From Hormiphora californensis (lineage: Eukaryota > Animalia > Ctenophora), in the NCBI GenBank assembly GCA_020137815.1, contig CM035354.1:6200001-6264000 (forward strand): 64,000 nt of DNA, given 5' to 3'. Position 1 is the first letter of the stretch; every line of letters starts with the position of its first letter. This document shows positions 54,813 to 64,000 of this stretch, one piece after another. A model generated the notes under the pieces. It did not search any database. It was not told where the DNA came from and saw only the letters and a program-made list of their open reading frames with translations. Position numbers and translations under genes: made by a program.

Positions 54813-56959
54813 CATGTCCGGTGGTAAAATGTGTAGGAACTCTAACTGACATCAATAATATACTGGCAGCTGTTATACATCGAGCTTCTACTGCTGCACG
54901 CCCCTACTGCCAGCTGCCTTGCAATCACAGTCACCATCTCATTTTCTCTCTCTGTCACCATTACTTTATCCCCTCACTCACACATCATATTACCTTTCTC
55001 TGGCCCCTCACTATGTCTTTCATTTCTCTACACGCACTACTGCTAAATCGGGCTAGTTTAATTCAGTCACGTCGTGAGAGAGGGGGTTATATTAGGGAGA
55101 AAGAGAGAGAGAAAGAGAGAGATGAGCAGGACGTGGGGCAGAGAAGGAAGACACTGAGAGCCTCAAGACGGAAAAAATAACCAGGCGACGAAAGAGGACG
55201 ACCGGAGTTTCAAAAATTTGGAAATGAAAAACGTGAAGGGGTTCCTTTTGAAGGGTTTTATTGAAAATGTTTTTTTAAAAAAAAAAAAAAAATTAAGAAA
55301 AAAAATTATCCACTTTTTAACAAATTTCCCCCCCCAAAAAAACAGTGTTGATGTCCCCATTTTTTTTTCCCCTTTTGTACCATTTACCGTATCAATTATT
55401 ACTCTGGCCTTATGCTATAAACCCATTGTAGGGTAGTTAATTAATAATTGAGAGGGAGTTATAGGGAAAGAGAGAAAGAAAAGAAGATACGAAGAGAACG
55501 GAACCTAAAGATAAAAACATAGAAGGTAAAACATGTAACCGGGGGGGGACCGGCGAAGCATCAACCCGGAACCGTCACATAACGTTGACCGGTGCCATCA
55601 TGCGACTTTTTAACATGCGGAAGAAAGAGAAGGCAAAACGATCAAAACGGAGAAAAGGGTTTAATTCGACTAAGAAACAGCGGACCGCCCAAAGAAAAGG
55701 CTCAAAACATTCCCAGAGACCCCTGGACATATTTTAAACGAGAACAGACCACAAACCTCCGCCCCACCTGCCATCAACGGAAGAAACGAAGGGGAGAATA
55801 GACGCCGGGGAAGGGGAGGGAAAAGCAAAAAGGGGAAACGAAGCTAGACCCAAACCCGGGCGCAAGGGCGCCCCCAGCAGGACCCCGCATAGGGAACGCT
55901 ACACTACCCAGGACACCGAAAACACAGCCCTTTACCCGAGCAGTTACTCCCTCGCTTTTCACCCCCCCAATGGCCCGCCGGACCGCTGCCCTCCGCTCCC
56001 ACCGGCACCAAGGCCGGGGGAAGCATCCCGAAGCGTTGCGGCCCCTCCGAGGAAGAGAGGAGTCTGGGAGCCCGGCGCGACCGTTTGGAGCTAGCGGCGT
56101 TCTTGGGACCCTAGCGATTGACAGGAGGGGGCCCAAGAGGGAAGCAGGGGCCCCCCAAAGAGAGAGAGTGGAGAGAGAGACGAAGAGGAGAGAGGAAAGG
56201 TAGGAAAGAGAGGATTACTTCTGGTAGTATCTCAACCGCAGGGTGAACTATTGAACTCTCACACCCTCAAGCTCCCTTACCCTTTCCCCTATGTCGCCCC
56301 TCCTCTCTATATCTTAGATCTCAGAATCCGTCTCTTTCTTTCTCTCCTTCTTATCTCCTCTCTTTCCCTTCTCTAGCTTCTTCTATTATTTCTCTCTTCC
56401 CTCTCTCTCTCTCTCTCTCTCTGCCAACTTTTCACTTAGTTTTATTACAAAGCTGCCAAAAAGAACAGCCTTGAGAAAAAGAAGTCTACACAGTGCACAG
56501 TGGGCCATGCAGTCGGGTCCCCGGCCATTATCAAAGCCCCGCAATTGCTGTCTACTACTCACTATTCCCGATCATATCTATCTACACATACCGGCACATA
56601 TATACATTACACTTGGCCTCACTTTCACAGCAACTTTGAAACAATCGAGAATTCTACACATAAATATGATAAAACCGATAGGGTACAACCAAACCAAATC
56701 TGTTAAAAGGAGCATGACACAAAAGCTGGAGTGGAGTGTCGTCATCACATCTGATGTGAGCGTATCAAGGTAACTGTCTAGTTACGAACCTCGGCCTCAC
56801 TGCATTGATGTCACTTTGTAGTTAGAGACGAATTAAACCTGTTCTTGGCATAAAATAGGAGCTTGTTGAGTAATAGCTTCTTGATGAAGGAAAGAAGCGT
56901 AAAAACTTACAACCAGTGAAGCAGTAAGTAGTGTTGGTAAACTTGGTATTAAAACAAAA

Positions 56960-57227
56960 TCCGATACCCGTTTCGATGGCCGATGGTCTTTCAGCCAGAT
57001 GGTCTTTCGGTACAGATGTCTCTTCAGTATATATCCGGGTGCCACCCCAAGGCAACAGTAGTCAGATTGTGTTCTAGCCTATGCACTCGTGTCACATTCG
57101 GACTTCGGAGCCCTTAAGAAAATCCCTAACAATCCGCAGCTTGCTGACTGGTCGGCTTCGTTGGGACCGGGATTCGAACCCCAGATCACCTCCTGCATGC
57201 AAGCAACTATAAACCACCATACCGGTA
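56960..57227 (-). mobile_element. Possible tRNA-derived SINE
   Basis: Minus-strand Pol III B-box GGTTCGAATCCC (57180-57169) with a degenerate A-box-like stretch upstream; no full cloverleaf. The 3' boundary is uncertain. Confidence 0.4.
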
Positions 57228-58600
57228 GTACTAGTATTATACTACTGTATAATTCTAGAGGTAGAATCTACAAAGGAAAACACACATCAAGTACAGACAA
57301 AACGGAAGTGTAAGCAAAACCTGCAAATTACACACGTTAACTGGCTCATGATCGCGATATATCTATATCTACATCATGAGAAGCCAAATCTTCACGTGAA
57401 ACACTTTCCTGTGGGCGATTAAAAAGGATGCCACAGTTAGGAATGGCCGACCCAAACAGTGCCGGACTAGGATCTAGGACATCAACTGGTAATATTAATG
57501 GTGGCACGTGAAGGAAAACAATCAGCCCCAAACACACCACGTACACCGATGACTGGTTGAAAGGGGCACTGTTATTGTTTGGCACGCAGCTGCACTGTAT
57601 TATAGGTATATCAAGGCGGCGTGGGGCGATCATGCTCGAAGAAATGAGGCTAACAGGAAGCTAGAGGTGTGGTGAAATATGGTGTGAGATGATATATAGG
57701 GAGATAGAGAGAGATAGGGATAGAGATAGAGAGAGAGAACGAGAACATATGCCCAAGCTTTGCACAACTCATTATAACGCGACTCAGGGCGGATGTTCAC
57801 GTTGGGTTGCATGATGGATGTCCGATATACCACTGGAAAATACTGCTTGAGTAGGAAATGTCCAACTATTATACTGGTTAACTGGTTCTACGGGAAGCAG
57901 TATGATATAGTTGCTCGAATACGTCATACGCAAAGGGGAAAGAAAACAGGGTACAGTATATCAAGCAAAGTAAACGGTGCGTCTGTGCACGGTGTTTCGA
58001 TATCGTATCTCCACTACAAGCGGCCTTGTTATATGATGTCACAAACACCTTTTATAATGTGAAGGGCAGTGAAGGGTTAGCACGTGTATGCTAAAAAGAT
58101 CATCAAGGTGAATGCCGTAGTTCAAGGCTCAGGCAAGTAAAAAATGAGGCAAGCATTATCCTTTCTCAATAATCAATGATTGGGAGAGATTCTTTTGGAG
58201 AGAAATCTAAAGACAAAATTAGCGTTCGGGTGATGCAATGAGAATGTAGGCAAGGGAGTAGGAACTAAGGTATTTTGCAAGATGGGGGAAAGACGGGGGT
58301 GTTATAGACTGGAATGTTGTTGTTTACTCAAGCTCAATGAAAAAATAATTTCATTTCTGCACGAACATGAAAGTTAAACTAGGGGTTTCCGCTTGCATGA
58401 TGTACCACTGCTCACTACCCAATAGAATGTAGAGTGTAGACCCCGCAAGTTATAGGAAGGTTCCTTATACATCCGGCGCAGAAACCTGACCTGTGGGTCA
58501 CCTTGATGTTCCAATGAGGCGTTTGAATTTTCTTACGGATCGCTCTTGAGACAGTATTGTGCCAATACGGGTTATTGGCCTAAGTTGCACCCGTAACAGG

Positions 58601-59760
58601 GGCGCCGTTAAGATCTGGGTGCACAATGCCAAAAAAGTACCCTGCATGCACTAAAATGGCTCTAACCACCAAACCACTCAACCGTTTTGGATCATTCAAA
58701 GTTTATCCGATAGGAAATCTCAATCCCCAACCTAAACCCGAACCCCAGCCGTGGATCCCATCCGAGCATCAAATCGGGTTCGGCAAAGGTTAGAATCTAC
58801 CCTCCTTGAGTGAGCACTCACTGTTTTTTAGGGTTAGGCCTAAAGTAAGGTGGGGGCTAGGGCTGGGGGTTAGAACTCAGGATTCCCTGATGAACTTAGC
58901 CAAAAAAAGAGAATGGAGATATGCACGTTTGAGATTAGGTCAAAAAGACCCCCAAACCACTCAACCGTTTTGGCTAATCAAAAGTTTATCTGATAGGAAA
59001 TGTCAAGCCCTGACCTCAACCCAAACCCCAGCCCTAAACCTACCCCTACTTTAGCCCTAAACCTAAAAAGCCATGAGTGCTGACACTTCAAACATCCAGA
59101 TTTTAACGTTGACCGGGTTTGACGCGCCAGAAAATCGGGCGCCGTTACGATCTGGGTGTTTGGTGGCCTGTTTACAGGTGCGCACTGCCAAAAAAGTTGA
59201 TCCACTAAAATGGCTCTAACCGCCAAACCACTCAACCGTTTTGGATCATTTTAAGTTTATCCGATAGGAAATCTCAATCCCCAACCTAAACCCGAACCCC
59301 AGCCGTGGTCCGTGGATCCCATCCGAGCATCAAATCGGGTTCGGCAAAGGTTAGAATCTACCCTCCTTGAGTGAGCACTCACTGTTTTTTAGGGTTAGGC
59401 CTAAAGTAAGGTGGGGGCTAGGGCTGGGGTGAGGGTTAGAACTCAGGATTCCCTGATGAACTTAGCCAAAAAAAGAGAATGGAGATATGCACGTTTGAGA
59501 TTAGGTCAAAAAGATTAAAGACCCCCAAACCACTCAACCGTTTTGGCTAATCAAAAGTTTATCTGATAGGAAATGTCAAGCCCTGACCTCAACCCAAACC
59601 CCAGCCCTAAACCTACCCCTACTTTAGCCCTAAACCTAAAAAGCCATGAGTGCTGACACTTCAAACATCCAGATTTTAACTTGGCAAACGTTGCTGGCAG
59701 CGCGGGATAAGGCAGCGCTTTTCAAGATTTTAACGTTTTCCGGTTTGACGTGCCAGAAAA
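58601..59760. repeat. Tandem duplication of a ~555-bp interspersed-repeat unit
   Basis: CCAAACCACTCAACCGTTTTGG at ~58669, 58951, 59223 and 59525; units ~58650-59107 and ~59203-59680 are nearly identical. Confidence 0.85.
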
Positions 59761-60325
59761 TCGCACTTTTTTAAAGATTTATTTTTAAAGTTTTACACGC
59801 GCCGCGCGCTGATAAAAAGATGCGCGGCTCCTAAAAAGTAGTGCATTTTATTAACTTCGGCGCGCTACATTCTTTTTATCTCCATTGAAATCAAAATGAC
59901 AATGACATTGAGTTTGACAATGGAATTTGATTCGAAGGGACTGGGAAACAGAAATAAAAAGAAAACTATTATTTTACACCACAAAAGACAGTTGTACCTT
60001 ATCAATAAAACCATACAATTACATTCATTTCAGAAAAAAGTCATTCACATTATCATTTTATATTCTGTCGATATTCACTTCCAGCACTTTTAAACACAAG
60101 AAAAACAGTTGAAGTTCTATCTATGAAGCTCAGATTTCAGAATTAGATCACGATAGATCATCATCATTCTAAATTTTCAGTTTTATTTTATTTCCATTTA
60201 CATAATATTTAAGAAAAAAAAGGATCACATTTACTGTATGATGTTCAGGTCACACCGCAGATCACCAAGTACGTGGTGATCTGCGGTGTGACCACGTGGT
60301 CTAATTGATCATAGTCCGGTCGATT

Positions 60326-63300
60326 CTAGATGTTGGTTAATGATCTCACTTTCACTTCTCCGTCAGCTCCACAAGAGATCAGCCGATTTGCTGAGTCAAC
60401 TTGGACCTTCATCACACCTGCAGAGAAAATAATTGATAACTGCGTCTTGTTTATACAAATTATAAATCACACAGAACGACTAAAGTGTGAACATTTACAC
60501 GAGGAATTGGGGAGGCTCTCTACTGTAGAGCCAAACAGTCTACAGTTTTAATGCCTCAAGCCTCAAAGTTGAGTGAAAGTAACAAATAAAGAATTTTACC
60601 TTTGAGCGATCCACCGGGTAGGTTTGAAAAGAATTTGGTGCTTTTGTGCCCCTCGGAGAAACTAAATGAATGTTGATCCCCATTTCCACCGAACGTCCAA
60701 CTCTGCAATTGAAAATAGGTATTATTATACACAGATAAAATTTTCACTGCCCTAATCATTTAAATTTAGAGGAAACGACTGGAAATGAGGTAAAATAACC
60801 GCATCCTAATAATTAGGCCCTAATTACTAATTGGCAGTTACCTTGATGTCACCCTCCGCACTGCCAGTAAAGTAAGACTCCTCATCAGGACTCAGACAGA
60901 TACTCCTGATCGCACTGTCGTGCCCTGAAATATTGTGAGATGAGCAACTGGTCCCAATATGTGCTACTGGGAAAGCTTGTTGAAGTATCCAGTAAATTTC
61001 TTGCATACTTCTAGAATCTAGAATATTGACATAGTCCATAGACATGATCGGTACATGATCATTGATCACTGATGATCATTGATCACTCCATGGTTTCTCA
61101 AAACCCCGCACCCACTCTTACCAGTAAACATATGTTGCAGTTTCCGTTGTCTCACATCAAAGATACAGATATCACCTTTATTCCCTCCACTGATAAATAT
61201 CTGCCTCTTTGCACTGTAACAACACACCATGGCGCCCATATCATGTGCCTGAAACTTCTTCACCGCACACTCGCTGGGTGGCAGTAGGGTATCCCAAAAT
61301 ACCACGTTCCTGCCACTACTACTGGTCCCCACACTACCAATCACACTGGCACAGCCAATAAATGAGAAGTCCCGGGTCCCCCTGTCGTGGCAGTTGAGGA
61401 CTGTGTAAGGGGTTGTAGCGCTGACTGTTGTGTGCCAGAATCCAATGACTCCGTTTGTGTCAGAGAGACCAAACTTAGCTCCGAGCGGATCAAATCGAAC
61501 GTTGGTAACTCGGCCCCTGCTCCCCTTTAGTCCGTATTTAGCTAGGTGGTGGGGGTAACCAAACTCCCACAGTTTGACAAATCTGGGAAAAGGAGACAGG
61601 TGAGTGACTTGAACAACAATATACATTTGGCATTCACCCGGGCGGTGAAAATCCAGAAAGTAAACTTTCCTTGTATGTTTCTAATGGACCTACCCATCAG
61701 CATGGCCAGTAATGTAGAGAGGTAAGTCGTTGTGGGCCTGGATACATCTTACTCCCTGCTCTGGACGCTTCAAAACCTGATACAGAGAGAGAGAGATGTC
61801 TGGTGGGGGATAAAAAAAAGGAAAACAGAAGTGTCAAACTCTATAAATGTTATGGATCTTGATCTTTGTTGTTTGTAGACCATAAATCAAGTTGAAGAAA
61901 CAGATGTGTTGATAAAATTCACACGCTAAGTCCTATACCTGATTGAAAACATCAAGACTCTGCTCTGACCCGTAATGATGTTGATCGGCCAGCAGTGCAG
62001 AGTGGTGTGATTTAGAACTCTGTCTCCCTATCGACTGATCATCATTTGTAACTGTAAGAGAAGATATTTAGGATAGAACAAAACCTTTAGAGTTCAGCTC
62101 TGACCCACATGCTTCATGCATCAATTACCCAGCGACGATATAGGCGGCATGACAAAGCTGGCCCCGTATTGCGTACCCATGATATAGTTCGCACCATCAG
62201 ACTCCTCTTCCTTGAGACCTCGGTCCCGCTCCATGCAGGTCTTCACATCTAGTTCTAGAATCTCATGGAGGGTGGCTACCACAATCACACTCAAACCGTT
62301 CTGGGGAAGTAGAGGGGGTTCTTTGGTAATTTAGGAGCCTTGTAAAGAGAAGGTGATAGAATGATTAGGGTTATCAGATGAGGGTTTTACCGAAGAGATA
62401 AATATTGTCAGTCATGTATAACAGATGTTAAAGTAAAAAGACAAACAAAGTTAATAAAACGCTTAATGAAATAGTACATAGTTACTGTCTTTCGGTAAAA
62501 AGTGTCTCCGTTTCTCACTGTTATTGTCAGTACACTCTCACTCCTCAGTCACCCTCAGTCAGTCAGATATGATTTGAGAATTGAGGAAGTAGATCGAGGT
62601 GAGAATCCCCCGGCACTAGAAGACCCACTGGTATCACTATCATCGTGGAATATCGCCCCAATAACCGCTCCAAATACGGTGCTGGGTGTTGCCGAGGATA
62701 TCCGCTTCTCCACCTCCTGGTGATGGGGTGCTAGAGTGGGGCTGAGTGGTGCTAGAGTGGGGCTAGAGTGGGAATGAGTGGTGCTATCGAGTTGGACTGA
62801 GTGGTGCTATCGAGTGGTGATGGGGTGCCGGTGCTAGAGTGGTTATGGGGTGCTAGAGTGGGACTGAGTGGTGCTAGAGTGGTGATGGGGTCGTAGAGTG
62901 GTGATGGGGTGCTAGAGTGGTGATGGGGTGCTAGAGTGGTTATGGGGTGCTAGAGTGGTGATGGGGTGCTAGAGTGGTGATGGGGTGCTAGAGTGGTGAT
63001 GGGGTGCTAGAGTGGGACTGAGTGGTGCTAGAGTGGTGATGGGGTGTAGAGTGGTGATGGGGTCGTAGAGTGGTGATGGGGTGCTAGAGTGGTGATGGGG
63101 TCGTAGAGTGGTGATGGGGTGCTAGAGTGGTGATGGGGTGCTAGAGTGGGGCTGAGTGGTGCTAGAGTGGTGATGGGGTGCTAGAGTGGTGATGGGGTGT
63201 TATCGAGTGGGGCTTCGTGTAGTGTAAGTGTAACGTTGGAGTATGCTGGGGTGGTGGGTACAGGGCTAGAGACTAGAGGGCATGGTTGTTGGCTTCATGG

Positions 63301-63694
63301 CCCACAAACAAGTTTAGTGTGGGGACTTAGGCCTCAGGGTGGGATGTAATATATATGCAACGGAGGATGGCATGGATAATGTGATTCAGGACATAATATG
63401 CGATTCAGAAATTTATATAGTTCTAGCAGGCCATGTGCATGATGTTTGTGATTCACCCAAATTTGAAAGTTGTATGATTGGATGATAAGTTGTATCATGA
63501 AAATGTGATATCTGTCTAGATGTTAATTGTTGTCAGTCTAATTTGTGTGTGTCTGTGTGATTGTCAAGTGATGTTTGGTATGGATGTCAAGTGTTGTTTA
63601 AGAAGGGTACCTGGTAAAGACCAAAGGATGAGACTCCCTCCTGGGCTCTGAAGATGGTTCTCGTTCCTGTCACTGAACACTCACTCGCATCAAT
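60326..63694 (-). CDS. DMXL: 3' part of DmX-like / rabconnectin-3alpha (C-terminal WD40 propeller); gene continues beyond the window
   Basis: Exons 63694-63611, 62300-62129, 62051-61939, 61776-61694, 61582-61122, 60924-60842, 60702-60600, 60417-60326 join in frame. Motifs match the DMXL1/2 C-terminus: LPLYITGHADG, RNVVFWDTLLPP, AHDMGA, ISGGNKGDICIFDVRQR, HDSAIR...FTGSAEGDIK, RLISCGADG. Confidence 0.92.
62718..63213. repeat. 19-bp minisatellite (GCTAGAGTGGTGATGGGGT)n with variant units
   Basis: More than 20 visible units inside a DMXL intron. Confidence 0.95.
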
Positions 63695-64000
63695 CTAAAG
63701 GGGGAGAGATTGTTGAGTAAGATACCCTCTTTCTCACCCCTTACTCAACAAGGGAGAGAGCGGTCAGCAAAAGAACTTTTCCAGGAGTCCCTATAGAAGA
63801 GTCATGAGATCAAGCTAATTCTGCTGCATAGATCGACAATAATTATATCAACTCTTTACGTGAACGACTCAAAGAAATCTAAAGTTCACAGATCCTAGCT
63901 CCTATCATATCATTTTGTTACCCCTGTCTCTTGCCTTTGGGGGTCCCAACCAACTATAACTCAAAACCTTTTCCATGTTGAGAGTTGAGACTCTTAATCA

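Noticed and set aside
55140-56330. GC- and purine-skewed stretch with 120-aa and 77-aa ORFs
   Set aside because: Irregular homopolymer-rich sequence resembling unpolished long-read noise (also ~52130-52830); the ORFs lack recognisable features.
56960-57045. Hammerhead ribozyme-like CTGAAGA...GAAA on the minus strand (Penelope-type)
   Set aside because: I could not build stems I-III with a valid NUH cleavage triplet; at best degenerate. An Infernal search would settle it.
57150-57230. Functional tRNA gene
   Set aside because: B-box present but no convincing acceptor or anticodon stems; treated as SINE-like.
58720-59640. CCTAAA/TTAGGG-like motifs as interstitial telomere
   Set aside because: Scattered degenerate hexamers within a duplicated repeat unit, not a telomeric array.
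62718-63213. Regular short repeats as a possible CRISPR-like array (also 28651-28832, 54677-54812)
   Set aside because: Head-to-tail units with no unique spacers, eukaryotic context, no cas genes.

Overview
Intron-rich animal genomic DNA, probably from a ctenophore (Pleurobrachia-like; this rests on recalled repeat families and is unverified). Hand-splicing on GT-AG sites gives four genes. (1) The last two exons of an unidentified + strand gene (41-913). (2) A complete 12-exon ceramide transfer protein gene (CERT: PH-FFAT-START, ~502 aa; 14774-2144, minus). (3) A ~27 kb, ~40-exon receptor protein tyrosine phosphatase gene (43707-16412, minus). Its ectodomain has two Sushi/cleavable-domain/Cys-rich modules bracketing a long Ig-like array, and it has a single PTP domain. 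(4) The 3' end of a DMXL/rabconnectin-3alpha gene (>63694-60326, minus). The main observation lies between the RPTP transmembrane exon and the phosphatase exons: a cassette of phase-2 exons containing two extra terminal exons. One ectodomain could therefore be spliced to three cytoplasmic tails: a phosphatase-less Tyr-motif tail (NPxY, YDD, YxN, PDZ), a short Ser/Arg tail, or the PTP. The PTP has Phe in place of the catalytic Q-loop Gln. CERT and DMXL also show candidate domain-dropping isoforms. The rest is non-autonomous DNA transposons/MITEs with clear TIRs and TSDs, minisatellites and (GA)n tracts. All exon models are manual and have no transcript support.
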